A DNA stretch of 64,000 nt from a virus (IMGVR_UViG_3300026085_000093:32001-96000); one strand, 5' to 3'. Counted from the stretch's first letter, positions 25,963 to 35,872 are shown. Translations and numbers: made by a program. The notes: generated by a model not told the origin, from the sequence alone.

Positions 25963-27051
25963 ATGAGTGTTGCAGAGATCGCACGTACTGTAAGCCCTAA
26001 CAAGGCTAAATCACGAATTCAGCGAGCAATCGCTAAAAAACGTCCAATTTTCCTGTGGGGGCCTCCGGGTATTGGAAAATCAGAAATTGTTGAACAGATT
26101 CAAACTTCAACACCTAATTCATATCTCATTGACGTTCGTTTGTCACTTTGGGAACCTACAGACATTAAAGGTATGCCCTACTATGCTGCAAATGACAACA
26201 CAATGAAATGGGCACCTCCTGTAGAACTGCCAAGCGAAGAATTTGCTAAACAGTTCTCGAGAATCTATTTGTTCTTAGATGAGTTGAATTCGGCAGCGCC
26301 TGCTGTACAGGCAGCGGCTTATCAACTTATTCTTAACCGTAAGGTTGGTACATATGTACTACCTGACAATGTAGTAATCATTGCGGCTGGCAACCGTGAA
26401 GCAGACAAAGGTGTTACTTATCGAATGCCTGCTCCGCTTGCTAACCGTTTTGTACACTTAGAATTAGCCGTTGATTTCAATGACTGGTTTGAGTGGGCTG
26501 TCGCTAACAAGATACACAAAGATGTGGTTGGTTATCTTCAGTTTGCAAAAAAAGATTTGTTTGACTTTGATCCTCGTAGTCCAAGTCGTTCGTTCGCAAC
26601 ACCACGAACATGGACGTTTGTGAGCGAATTGCTCGACGATGAAGATGATCAAGAAGTTATTACAGATCTTGTAGCGGGTTCGGTTGGCGAAGGACTTGCT
26701 GTTAAGTTTATGGCACACCGCAAAGTTGCATCAAGTATGCCAAATCCGACTGACATCTTAGATGGTAAAGTAAAAGAGTTGAACACAAAAGAAATCAGTG
26801 CCATGTATTCCTTGACTGTTTCACTTTGTTACGAACTTCAAGATGCAGATGCAAAAAATGACAAAAAGTTTGATGCTAAGGTTAATAACTTTTTGCGTTT
26901 TGCAATGGATAATTTCGATACGGAATTGGTTGTTATGGGTATTAAACTTGCTCTTACTCAATACAGTCTTCCAATCGATCCAGACGCTGTTGAATGTTTT
27001 GATGAGTTCCACGATCGTTATGGAAAGTATATCAAAGCAGCACAACAGTAG
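25963..27051 (+). CDS. MoxR-like AAA+ ATPase
   Basis: Walker A GPPGIGKS, Walker B FLDELN, AAGN, L.NRF arginine finger. Confidence 0.9.
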   Translation: MSVAEIARTVSPNKAKSRIQRAIAKKRPIFLWGPPGIGKSEIVEQIQTSTPNSYLIDVRLSLWEPTDIKGMPYYAANDNTMKWAPPVELPSEEFAKQFSRIYLFLDELNSAAPAVQAAAYQLILNRKVGTYVLPDNVVIIAAGNREADKGVTYRMPAPLANRFVHLELAVDFNDWFEWAVANKIHKDVVGYLQFAKKDLFDFDPRSPSRSFATPRTWTFVSELLDDEDDQEVITDLVAGSVGEGLAVKFMAHRKVASSMPNPTDILDGKVKELNTKEISAMYSLTVSLCYELQDADAKNDKKFDAKVNNFLRFAMDNFDTELVVMGIKLALTQYSLPIDPDAVECFDEFHDRYGKYIKAAQQ

Positions 27052-27064
27052 ATGTGTCATAGGC

Positions 27065-27099
27065 GGGCAGGGTGTAAACTCTGCCCATTTTTCTTTTTT
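27065..27099 (+). terminator. Rho-independent terminator
   Basis: GGGCAGGGT-GTAA-ACTCTGCCC 9-bp stem with a GNRA loop, followed by a T-rich tract. Confidence 0.85.
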
Positions 27100-27104
27100 A
27101 ATGG

Positions 27105-27151
27105 TTGACAAAAAACGTAAATATGTTATATTAATGTTAGGCACTGATAAA
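27105..27151 (+). promoter_or_regulatory. Sigma70-type promoter plus second copy of the leader box
   Basis: atggTTGACA-16 nt-TATATT; TAGGCACTGATAAA 27138-27151; GAGG RBS. Confidence 0.75.
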
Positions 27152-27161
27152 GAGGTATAAT

Positions 27162-28490
27162 ATGTCTTATCCATTTGGTAGTAAAAGTTTTAAAGTTGCA
27201 ATGCAAATGTCTACAGACAAGACTGCAAGTAAACTTAAAAACTGGCAACCTGATCCGGACATAACAGAAGGCGCTCTTTCTGTTATGCGTGAAGAAGTAT
27301 TAGATCGCATTATTGTTGCAAGAGTAGGATTATTGCTAAGACATCCGTTTTTTGGTAATATGGCAACACGTCTTAAAATTGTTGCTGCTGACGACTGGAT
27401 TCCGACTGCGGCTGTAGATGGGCGTAACTTATATTTTAATACTCAATTCTTTAATGCAATGGATAATAAAGAAATTGAGTTTGTAATTGCACACGAAATC
27501 CTACACTGTGTATTTGATCACTTAGGTCGTAGAGATGATCGTCATCCTATGCTTTATAATATTTCAGCAGATTATATTGTTAACAATTTACTTGTTCGCG
27601 ATCGTATTGGTAATAAACCCAGCATTGTTGATTGTTTTCAAGACTTTAAATACGAAGGTTGGACTTCAGAAGAAGTATACGATGATTTGTTTCCAGAGTT
27701 TGAAAAACAAGGCCAAAAATTCCTAAAACAGTTAGGTGAGATGCTAGACGAACACCTTGATTTAGAAGGCGAAGACGGTGACGAGGACGGCGAAGGCAAA
27801 GGTAAAGCACCTAAGTATTCAAAAGAAGAAATGAAACAAATTCGCGACGAAATCAAAGAAAGTATGATTTCGGCAGCAAACGCCGCTGGTGCAGGTAACA
27901 CTCCAGGCGAGATTACAAGAATTATTAAAGATCTTACTGAACCTAAAATGAACTGGGGCGAAATTATTCGTCAACAAATTCAAAGTACAGTAAAAAATGA
28001 TTTTACATTTATGCGTCCTTCACGCAAAGGCTGGCACACTGGTGTTATTTTGCCAGGTATGAACTTCCAAGAAACTATTGATGTTTGTATTGGTGTTGAC
28101 ATGTCGGGTTCTATTGGAAACGAACAAGCAAACATTTTTCTAAGCGAAGTACAAGGTATTATGGACCAATTCAAAGACTACAATATTAAATTGTGGTGTT
28201 TTGATACTAAAGTATATAACGAACAAGATTTTAGTGCCGATTGCGGCGAAAGGCTCACTGACTACGAAGTCATGGGTGGCGGTGGCACTGATTTCGATGC
28301 TAACTGGACCTACATGAAAGAAAACGATATTACGCCTAAAAAGTTTATTATGTTTACAGATGGCTATCCTTGGGGTAGCTGGGGCGATCCAGATTACTGT
28401 GATACTATTTTTATTATCCATGGGCATCATGATAAAGGACTAGAAGCACCATTTGGTCTTACTGCACACTACGAAGAGTTACATGGATAA
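27162..28490 (+). CDS. DUF2201-type putative metallopeptidase-VWA protein (MoxR partner)
   Basis: HEILH (HExxH), acidic linker, MIDAS DMSGS, GGGGTDF, FTDG. Confidence 0.85.
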   Translation: MSYPFGSKSFKVAMQMSTDKTASKLKNWQPDPDITEGALSVMREEVLDRIIVARVGLLLRHPFFGNMATRLKIVAADDWIPTAAVDGRNLYFNTQFFNAMDNKEIEFVIAHEILHCVFDHLGRRDDRHPMLYNISADYIVNNLLVRDRIGNKPSIVDCFQDFKYEGWTSEEVYDDLFPEFEKQGQKFLKQLGEMLDEHLDLEGEDGDEDGEGKGKAPKYSKEEMKQIRDEIKESMISAANAAGAGNTPGEITRIIKDLTEPKMNWGEIIRQQIQSTVKNDFTFMRPSRKGWHTGVILPGMNFQETIDVCIGVDMSGSIGNEQANIFLSEVQGIMDQFKDYNIKLWCFDTKVYNEQDFSADCGERLTDYEVMGGGGTDFDANWTYMKENDITPKKFIMFTDGYPWGSWGDPDYCDTIFIIHGHHDKGLEAPFGLTAHYEELHG

Positions 28491-28764
28491 AATTAAAATT
28501 AACCCTTTAAACGTTTTTGATATTAGACGGGTGGATTTTTGTCCACCCTATTGGGAATCTATGATTATTCCTCAAAAGTATAATATCCAAAAGGCACTAG
28601 AAGAGTGGGTGCATACTAATCTTAAAGGAAGATACTATATTAATAAAGAAGTTGTATATGAAGAAGAACAACCGTTATCAAGTAAAGTAAAAATTGCATT
28701 TGAAGAATCAAAAGAACTTAGTTATTTTGCTCTTGCTTGTCCACTTTTAAAATATAGAAACTAG
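28483..28764 (+). CDS. Hypothetical protein
   Basis: ATG 28483 in the track ORF. Confidence 0.7.
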   Translation: MDKIKINPLNVFDIRRVDFCPPYWESMIIPQKYNIQKALEEWVHTNLKGRYYINKEVVYEEEQPLSSKVKIAFEESKELSYFALACPLLKYRN

Positions 28765-28800
28765 ACATCAAATAATTACATTGTAAAGGAGATTTCGAAT

Positions 28801-29067
28801 ATGTCTGAACAAGAACAACAACAGCCAAATCCAATGGATCTTAACATTCAAGATTTAGCAGTTATGAAAGGTATCATTGATATTGCCAGCGAGCGCGGAT
28901 CATTTAAACCAGGTGAGATGGCTGCGGTAGGTACAGTGTACAATAAACTAGATGCGTTTTTAAAGAACGTAGAAGAACAACAGAAAGCAGCACAGGCTGC
29001 AAAAGAAGCCGCATCTGGTCCAGATGCGCCGAAACCAACAGAGGAAGTAGAAGAAGATGCCGCTTAA
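28801..29067 (+). CDS. Hypothetical protein (88 aa)
   Basis: AAGGAG RBS. Confidence 0.8.
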   Translation: MSEQEQQQPNPMDLNIQDLAVMKGIIDIASERGSFKPGEMAAVGTVYNKLDAFLKNVEEQQKAAQAAKEAASGPDAPKPTEEVEEDAA

Positions 29068-29665
29068 ACACGTAGGAAGACTTGCTAGAAATAAAAAGTC
29101 TGTGGTTGTGGCTTATAGAACAATTCCAAATGATCCAGAAAATTGTTTAGTTGTTACAACCGAAACACTAATGTCAGACGAGCATGACGCATTAATGAGA
29201 CTTGTTGAATCACCAGCAGGTCAAAGTTCAAATGAACTTGCAGAAGCAATGGCGCGAGATACTCTACCAGATGGTAGAAACATGCTTGCAGCTTTTCATT
29301 CAACAGGAAAATTAAATAAATTTCCAACTAAAGAAGTTGAAATGGTGCCTGACAGATCAACAACAATTATGTTAAACGAACTTAACAAAATCATTGCTGA
29401 ACAAAAAGGTATTGCACTAGAAGATCTTGCAATTAAACCTGAAATTAGGTCAGCAAATCCAACTCAGGCACCAGAAAGTGCTTATATACAAGAACCAGTC
29501 GCTCAACCTACCGCTGCACCAGTAGATGGTGTGTTATCTGATGAAGATCTAGCAGCAAGTTATAGATCTCAAGCAGACAGGCTTTTTAAAGAGGCCAAAG
29601 CATTAAGAGAACAAGCAGAAGAACTTGTTCCTACTAAAAAGAAAAAAACAGTAAGCAGTGCCTAA
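29057..29665 (+). CDS. Hypothetical protein (202 aa)
   Basis: Coupled ORF. Confidence 0.8.
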   Translation: MPLKHVGRLARNKKSVVVAYRTIPNDPENCLVVTTETLMSDEHDALMRLVESPAGQSSNELAEAMARDTLPDGRNMLAAFHSTGKLNKFPTKEVEMVPDRSTTIMLNELNKIIAEQKGIALEDLAIKPEIRSANPTQAPESAYIQEPVAQPTAAPVDGVLSDEDLAASYRSQADRLFKEAKALREQAEELVPTKKKKTVSSA

Positions 29666-29975
29666 AAAATTAATTGATTACGAAGCAGATACGGAAACAC
29701 ATTGGGATGACATATTCGAATCCATTGAAATGGAAGTGCTTCCTATTGAATATCTAAGTAGAATTGTAATTAAATTTCATAGTGGCACCCAATGGGATAT
29801 AGATATCGACGATAGTAAGAAAAAACAAACTATTGATCAAATTGAAGAAACTTTAGACAATCTGTTTATGCAATACGAAGATGATATCGATCTTGTTGAT
29901 TTTAGACTAGATGTCAAACAGTTAAAGAACGATCTTGCTAAAAGAGTTCATAAATTCCTTAAACTAAATCGATAA
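29658..29975 (+). CDS. Hypothetical acidic protein (105 aa)
   Basis: GTG start overlapping the previous stop. Confidence 0.75.
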   Translation: MPKKLIDYEADTETHWDDIFESIEMEVLPIEYLSRIVIKFHSGTQWDIDIDDSKKKQTIDQIEETLDNLFMQYEDDIDLVDFRLDVKQLKNDLAKRVHKFLKLNR

Positions 29976-29982
29976 ACAAAAC

Positions 29983-30028
29983 CTCCTAAGGTGATAAATA
30001 CATACAAATACTATTATCACCTTAGGAG
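29983..30028 (+). promoter_or_regulatory. Perfect 15-bp inverted repeat that sequesters the RBS, overlapping a late-like promoter
   Basis: CTCCTAAGGTGATAA (29983-29997) / TTATCACCTTAGGAG (30014-30028); GATAAATA 29993-30000; SD AGGAG 30024-30028; ATG 30037. Confidence 0.85.
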
Positions 30029-30036
30029 AACATAAA

Positions 30037-32013
30037 ATGACATTAAGACTTCGCCGCGGAACAAACCTTGAAAGGTTGGGCGTTACGTTTGCAGAAGGCG
30101 AACTAGTTTACACAACTGATACACAAGAAATTTACGTGGGCGATGGTAGCACACTAGGCGGTATCAGAGTTACAGGTAGTGTAAGCGGTTCCCCAGCAGT
30201 ACTAAGCCAAAATTTAGATCTTAATAACTTTGACATTGTAGGAACTGGTAACATAACAATTGCCGGTAGTATTATTCCTACTTCAGTAGCGGCTGCTTCA
30301 ACAATTAGCGCAACTGCAATGACTGCAAGTGGTTCGATCACAGCCGGATCATTTATAGGTGACGGTAGCGGACTAACAAACTTACCAATTTCCGGCGGTG
30401 GCGGCGGTGGTACAGGCATTCTTGAAGGCCAAACATATGATATTAGTATTACAGGTGATGTAATAGCAGATGATTCAACTATAATGGTTGACACGTTCTC
30501 TAAAACAGTAACAGCAAACTTTTTCGTAGGTGATGGTAGTCTTTTAACAAATCTTCCAAGCACTGGCGGTGGTGGTGGCGAAGGTGTTGTAGGTGGTGGT
30601 AACTATAACATTAATATCGTTGCTGATGATAGCACACTATTGTTAGATGCAACTAACCAAACGTTTTATGGTTTAGGATTAACAATTAGTGGAAATGGAA
30701 TCTTCACAGGTAACGTTGAATCTAGTCAATTCTTTGGTCCTTTAGATGGTGATGTAACAGGTAGTATTTTCTCTGACAGTAGTTTTGTTATGATTGACAG
30801 CATTGCCGGTAAAGTAAGAGCAGACACACAGTATGTCGGCTCAGGTATTATTACTTCACCATCTGGTAATATTGACGTAACAGCACCTAGCGGCGCTGTT
30901 AACATAAATGGTGTTAACTTTTTAAGTAACAAAGATGTTGTACCTCTTGTAAGCGGACAAGGTAAAATTGGTAGAGCAGGAACTAGATTTGAAGAAGTCA
31001 ACGCAATAACTGGTAACTTTGGTGCCATAACAGGCGATGCAAGTGGATTGTATAACTTTCCTCCTACTATTGGCATTGTTGACGGACAAACATACACTAT
31101 TGATGTACAAGGTAATCTAATCGGAGAAGATTCTACAATACTTGTTGACGCTGTAAGTAATCGACTTAATGGTAACGTGCAAGGTAATGTTATTGCAGAT
31201 GATTTATCAGTAATAGTAGATGCGTTAGACAAAAGAGTAACAGCAAACTTATTTATAGGTGGATTTGAATGCTCACCGACAGGAGTTTTCCAAGGTGATC
31301 TAATTGGTAATACATTCGGAGATTTATACGACGAATCATCTGTTAATTTAACAACAGTAGAACTATCAGAAATGCACTTTACTAGATGGTTGCCAAATGA
31401 TTTAACAGTTATATTTGAAAACAGATCTCAAACAACAGGTGACCAAGTTATCCAATTTAATTCTTTTGAAGGAAGAATGCAACTAGACCTCAAAAAGAAT
31501 AAAGCAGATGCAGGACTAGATGATGGAATTTTTGATATTAGAGGCGAAGTTAAATTTGGTGCATTATCAGACATAGACGGCGATATCAACAGTGCTAAAA
31601 TTACAGTTGGACACGATGCATTATTCATAGGCACTGCTAAAAACAACGATTTGACAATTGACGAAAAGTTTGTTATGTTTACAACAAACGATTCAGATCA
31701 AATTAAAGTAGGTATCGGTAAGACAGCAGTTAATGCAGAATTAGATGTAAACGGTTCAGGTATTTTTGAAGGTGATGTTACAGCAGCAGCATTTAAAGGT
31801 AGTTTAGTTGCTGATGATTCTACAATTATAGTGGATGCAGTAAACAACACAATCACATCAGGCGGTTACATACAGTTTGGTCAATATACAACAGCAAATA
31901 GAAATGCATTAGCAGCAGCAAACGGTATGGTTATTTACAACGAATCAGTAGACAGATTCCAAGGCTACCAAAACGGTGCTTGGATTAACTTAGACGATGG
32001 CACGGCTGCATAA
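30037..32013 (+). CDS. Virion fibre/adhesin-like structural protein with Mtd_N-like N-terminus and internal repeats
   Basis: LRLRRGT...FAEGEL.YTTDT..IYVGDG (Mtd_N-like); GDGSxLTNLP x2 (plus a GDASGLYNFP variant), poly-Gly hinges, about six ADDST-type repeats; C-terminal G..IYN....FQGY..G.W. Confidence 0.75.
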   Translation: MTLRLRRGTNLERLGVTFAEGELVYTTDTQEIYVGDGSTLGGIRVTGSVSGSPAVLSQNLDLNNFDIVGTGNITIAGSIIPTSVAAASTISATAMTASGSITAGSFIGDGSGLTNLPISGGGGGGTGILEGQTYDISITGDVIADDSTIMVDTFSKTVTANFFVGDGSLLTNLPSTGGGGGEGVVGGGNYNINIVADDSTLLLDATNQTFYGLGLTISGNGIFTGNVESSQFFGPLDGDVTGSIFSDSSFVMIDSIAGKVRADTQYVGSGIITSPSGNIDVTAPSGAVNINGVNFLSNKDVVPLVSGQGKIGRAGTRFEEVNAITGNFGAITGDASGLYNFPPTIGIVDGQTYTIDVQGNLIGEDSTILVDAVSNRLNGNVQGNVIADDLSVIVDALDKRVTANLFIGGFECSPTGVFQGDLIGNTFGDLYDESSVNLTTVELSEMHFTRWLPNDLTVIFENRSQTTGDQVIQFNSFEGRMQLDLKKNKADAGLDDGIFDIRGEVKFGALSDIDGDINSAKITVGHDALFIGTAKNNDLTIDEKFVMFTTNDSDQIKVGIGKTAVNAELDVNGSGIFEGDVTAAAFKGSLVADDSTIIVDAVNNTITSGGYIQFGQYTTANRNALAAANGMVIYNESVDRFQGYQNGAWINLDDGTAA

Positions 32014-32673
32014 TTGATACCAATTGTAATATCTCACGGAAGTGGAGGCATTGGTAATTGTGAGTATAAACTTAAAAAAGAATTTGAAGAATTGGGGCAC
32101 GAAGTAATCTTAAATGATTACTTCACTCCTCACGGTATAAATTGCTTGTATTGGACATTAGAAGATGAACACGATGTAACACTACAAGAAATGATATACG
32201 ACATACCTTTTCCTGAAGAGTGTATACACATTGGGCTTAGTTTAGGCGGCTATTTAGGATTAGTGCATTCAGAAAAGTTTGTTCGTAATCATATATTTTA
32301 TCCAGGTATGCTAGGTTTTACAAAGGAAGATTTATCAAAAGATTATTCAAACACCACTGTCTACAGTGCAGAATTAGACAATTGGTGTGACAACATTACT
32401 GAATTTTGCGATCAAGCAAAAAACATCAGCCACATAAGGCTTGCAAACTGTTATCACGGCTTTATGAACAAAAATAATTCATTTGAAGTTATTAAGCCAA
32501 TAATTCCATTAGAAGAAGATACTAGACAAAATACATTTAACATGTCAAAAACCATACAAAAATATCCGTACAAAGAAGAAAAAATTAGGTTGCAATATTC
32601 TAAAAATGCGTATATAATGTGTATGAATATGATAAAGCATGACATAAATGAAAACACTAATAATATCACATGA
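32014..32673 (+). CDS. Alpha/beta hydrolase (dienelactone hydrolase-like)
   Basis: HGSGG, GLSLGG nucleophile elbow, ELD, YHGF; TTG start. Confidence 0.7.
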   Translation: MIPIVISHGSGGIGNCEYKLKKEFEELGHEVILNDYFTPHGINCLYWTLEDEHDVTLQEMIYDIPFPEECIHIGLSLGGYLGLVHSEKFVRNHIFYPGMLGFTKEDLSKDYSNTTVYSAELDNWCDNITEFCDQAKNISHIRLANCYHGFMNKNNSFEVIKPIIPLEEDTRQNTFNMSKTIQKYPYKEEKIRLQYSKNAYIMCMNMIKHDINENTNNIT

Positions 32674-33967
32674 ACGAAGTTTAAACAAGTGCGAAGGACT
32701 TGTCACGGCATTAGGAAAAAATTGTAGTATTGTAACTGATTTTGACCCTGCGCCCGATCATAAACATTTTATAGATCTACCACAAGAAGTTTTTATTTGT
32801 AAAGGATTTGACATTCTCGACATTACAAAACGCTTTCATCATGTAGACAGAATTTATACTATTAGTGAAAACTTACTTCCTATTCAAGCACAACTAGAAT
32901 CATTTTACGGCATTAAAAATATCAGTGCATTTGCAGCAGAAGTCTTAAGCAACAAACAGAAGTTTGACGACTTCTGTAGACAAATTGGTATGGATACATT
33001 AGTACCCAAAAGTATTACTCCTACTTTTTACAACCAACTCAAAACATTTAAAAACAAAGAAATGTTTAGTAAGCCAGACATTGGTACAGGAAGTAACGTT
33101 TTTTATCCAGGTGACGATGCAAGCAATCCTGTAATAGAATATAGAAGATGGAATAACATGCATCATTTCTTGGATCATATTAAATCTAAGAATATACACA
33201 ATGAATTTTTTGATTTTAACAGACAAGGTATACATGCACAACGTTTTAATTTTAAACCTTGTAAAATTATGTTTCAAGAATACATATGGAGTGAAGAACC
33301 TAGCATTAGTCCTTACGGCTATGTGAAAGATGGTAGAGTAAACATTGCATTCTATGTAAAAAATAGTAAGATAAAATATGGCGACAAATTAGATCATAAT
33401 AGCAATCCAATCGAAAGTCATAGTAAAAGTAAAAAAAGTGATATTGTTAGGGAACGTGCTGTATGGATTGTAACAGCAGACGAAGTTCCTGTAGACTTTC
33501 CGAAACTATGTCAATTCTTTTTACAAACTATTGTAGACAAACTAGCAATCAAGGATATGTTTTTTGCAGGTCCTGACTTTCATTTTAATAAAGGTAGAAA
33601 AGTTGCAATTGACTTTAATCCACGACCAGGACAATTTGTTAACATATTAGACAGATTGAATGATGGCAAAATTATTAGTAATATGTTGCAAGGAAAAGAA
33701 ATAAATTTACAAAAAAGATTATTGTGGGGATGTGCTGTATTAGAACCTGGAAAAGTTAAAGAGGTAAAAGACTTAGAAAATATTTCACCTTATTTGAATA
33801 AACAAAATACAGAAATAAAAAAGGGTATACGTATTCCAGAATTTCAAAATCTACAAGACAAAAATTTTAATGTAAATTTAGATATTACAGGAACAAATGA
33901 ACAAGAATTATTTGATAATTATATTTCTGTAAATAATTCATTAAGAGCAAATATATTGGTCGAGTAA
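32648..33967 (+). CDS. ATP-grasp ligase
   Basis: SNKQKF, KPDIGTGS, FQEYI, IDFNPRPG. Confidence 0.8.
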   Translation: MKTLIISHERSLNKCEGLVTALGKNCSIVTDFDPAPDHKHFIDLPQEVFICKGFDILDITKRFHHVDRIYTISENLLPIQAQLESFYGIKNISAFAAEVLSNKQKFDDFCRQIGMDTLVPKSITPTFYNQLKTFKNKEMFSKPDIGTGSNVFYPGDDASNPVIEYRRWNNMHHFLDHIKSKNIHNEFFDFNRQGIHAQRFNFKPCKIMFQEYIWSEEPSISPYGYVKDGRVNIAFYVKNSKIKYGDKLDHNSNPIESHSKSKKSDIVRERAVWIVTADEVPVDFPKLCQFFLQTIVDKLAIKDMFFAGPDFHFNKGRKVAIDFNPRPGQFVNILDRLNDGKIISNMLQGKEINLQKRLLWGCAVLEPGKVKEVKDLENISPYLNKQNTEIKKGIRIPEFQNLQDKNFNVNLDITGTNEQELFDNYISVNNSLRANILVE

Positions 33968-34582
33968 AGCTTTAAAGCAGTCTGTATCAAACTTTAAACA
34001 CACTACAAGCATAATACAATCATCAACTGTGCTGAAAACAGTGTGTCTTTTATTAGCATTAAAGTAAAACAAATTACTATCATCATACTGTGGTATTGTA
34101 TCTTCATAAACAAATTTTAAAAAGTGTTTATTACAATTATGTACAAAACCAATTAATCGTATTTCATCGTAATCATATGTTGTTTTATTAATATCATAGT
34201 GTTCAGGAAAAAACCCACCTTCATCTAATTTTAAAAAATGACAGCGTCCTAGCCATGGTTTAAAAGGTTCTAAAATACTTTGTAATGTAGGACTAGCCTC
34301 ATATACAGGTGTAGGCTTATCTATGTCATGATTGGTAATATTAGTATTATATTTTTTATTATATTCTGAAAGACTATCTAAATCAGGAATACCAGAAAGT
34401 CCGCCATCTAAACTAGTAACACTTAATCCCCATCTATTGTTTGGTTTTCTAGTGTTATATGGCTTCCAATCATCTTTGAATGGTGCAATTTCTTCCATAA
34501 GTTTGTCATGATTAAAAATATCTAATTCTAACCAATCTCCCATCATAGATAATCGTTGCATTGCAATTAATTGTTCGTTCAT
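33941..34582 (-). CDS. 2OG-Fe(II) oxygenase (Asp/Asn beta-hydroxylase-like)
   Basis: GGFFPEHYD (HxD) ... RHTV; ATGA overlap start 34582. Confidence 0.72.
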   Translation of the reverse strand: MNEQLIAMQRLSMMGDWLELDIFNHDKLMEEIAPFKDDWKPYNTRKPNNRWGLSVTSLDGGLSGIPDLDSLSEYNKKYNTNITNHDIDKPTPVYEASPTLQSILEPFKPWLGRCHFLKLDEGGFFPEHYDINKTTYDYDEIRLIGFVHNCNKHFLKFVYEDTIPQYDDSNLFYFNANKRHTVFSTVDDCIMLVVCLKFDTDCFKALLDQYICS

Positions 34583-35100
34583 ATCACTTCCCAAATATTT
34601 TGCTTCGTATAGAAGACTTCTACATCTTTTTCAACTAATTTACATAATCCTTGCGGAATAAAAACTTTTTCAACAACTTTATTTGTTCTAAAACTGTTTG
34701 GACTTTTATCAACTTCGCTATTTGTTGTAAAAACTATTCTTTTAGCATCTTTGCTTTTCGCATACTCAATTTGATAAGGAAGTATATGACCCCAATTAAA
34801 ATCATTATGCATCTTTTTGATACTTCCTGGTGCTTTTCCTCTGTATTCTTTAAGTGTTGCAGTGCGCAAACAAACTCTGTAACTATCTGGTATATAATCG
34901 TCAAAAGCGTGGCAGCCGCTTATGCTAACAATTTTATTGTCAACCCAAGTACACCACCACGCTTCATCTTTCCATTTGCCGAACTTCATAGACGCCTCTG
35001 AAACATTATTTTCTAATCCTTGTTCGGCACACGACTTCATAAAGTCATATATCTCACTAGGTAGATTGTCTACATAAAGGCGTCTAATTTCGAAGTTCAT
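34579..35100 (-). CDS. GNAT-like acyltransferase
   Basis: KIVSISGCH, RTATLKEYRG (motif A-like); 173 aa. Confidence 0.5.
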   Translation of the reverse strand: MNFEIRRLYVDNLPSEIYDFMKSCAEQGLENNVSEASMKFGKWKDEAWWCTWVDNKIVSISGCHAFDDYIPDSYRVCLRTATLKEYRGKAPGSIKKMHNDFNWGHILPYQIEYAKSKDAKRIVFTTNSEVDKSPNSFRTNKVVEKVFIPQGLCKLVEKDVEVFYTKQNIWEVI

Positions 35101-35864
35101 TGTGAAAAGTTTACTACTGCTTCTTCAAACATGGCTAGATTCTCTGGCGTGCCGCCAACATAAGTTGTTGTACCAGAAAATTTGTCTTGCCATTCTGGTG
35201 TCATAGATAGATTACCTACGATAGCACGAAGTTCTGTTGTAGTGTTGTTGTCTAACAAAACCGTGTTAATTGCATCAACAAAGCGGAAACCTAGATCACC
35301 TGCTTGGCTAAATGCAAAACATGTTGTATTGGCATCTTCTTCAATAGCAGATTGTCTAGTTGTAATAGTAAAGACTGTATCTGCATCACCTGCAAGATAC
35401 CCTTTTGTTGTACTACCGCTGCCTCCGAATGGTACCACTATAAACTTTGCACCAGTTGTTTGTTCTAGGTTACCTAAGAATTTTGCTACTGGCGCACTTC
35501 CCCATGTTGCAATTTTAACTTCTTTTCCGTTAAGATCTTCTAGTGTTGTAAATTCTCTACTACACATCATAGTTTCATATGTCATTAGAGCAACAAGTGT
35601 GTCTTCACTTACTTCTACTGATGGCATTTTAGGATCTCCAGGCCATTCACTACTCCAAATAGTAAGTGCATTGCCTTTTGCTAAATAGGTTGATGCTGTT
35701 ACAGGATTATTTGCTTGTACAAATTGATGATCAATTTTGTTTCCAATTTCAGTTAATACTTGTCTAAAAGCACCTTCTTCTGAACCTGGATTTACAATTA
35801 AAATTTCTGCGTTTGCAGATGTTGCAATAAACATTGCTGTTAGTGCTGTGATAAATTTTTTCAT
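35097..35864 (-). CDS. tctC: Periplasmic solute-binding protein, TctC/Bug-like
   Basis: Signal peptide (MKKF...ANA), VVPFGGSG...GDAD; adjacent to TctA. Confidence 0.6.
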   Translation of the reverse strand: MKKFITALTAMFIATSANAEILIVNPGSEEGAFRQVLTEIGNKIDHQFVQANNPVTASTYLAKGNALTIWSSEWPGDPKMPSVEVSEDTLVALMTYETMMCSREFTTLEDLNGKEVKIATWGSAPVAKFLGNLEQTTGAKFIVVPFGGSGSTTKGYLAGDADTVFTITTRQSAIEEDANTTCFAFSQAGDLGFRFVDAINTVLLDNNTTTELRAIVGNLSMTPEWQDKFSGTTTYVGGTPENLAMFEEAVVNFSQ

Positions 35865-35872
35865 TTTTTCTC

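Noticed and set aside
30132-31646. Several long minus-strand ORFs opposite the fibre gene
   Set aside because: Antisense shadows produced by the repetitive, codon-biased sense gene.
30037-32013. Diversity-generating retroelement suggested by the Mtd_N-like domain
   Set aside because: No reverse transcriptase, no TR/VR nucleotide repeat pair and no C-type-lectin-like variable C-terminus seen in the window.
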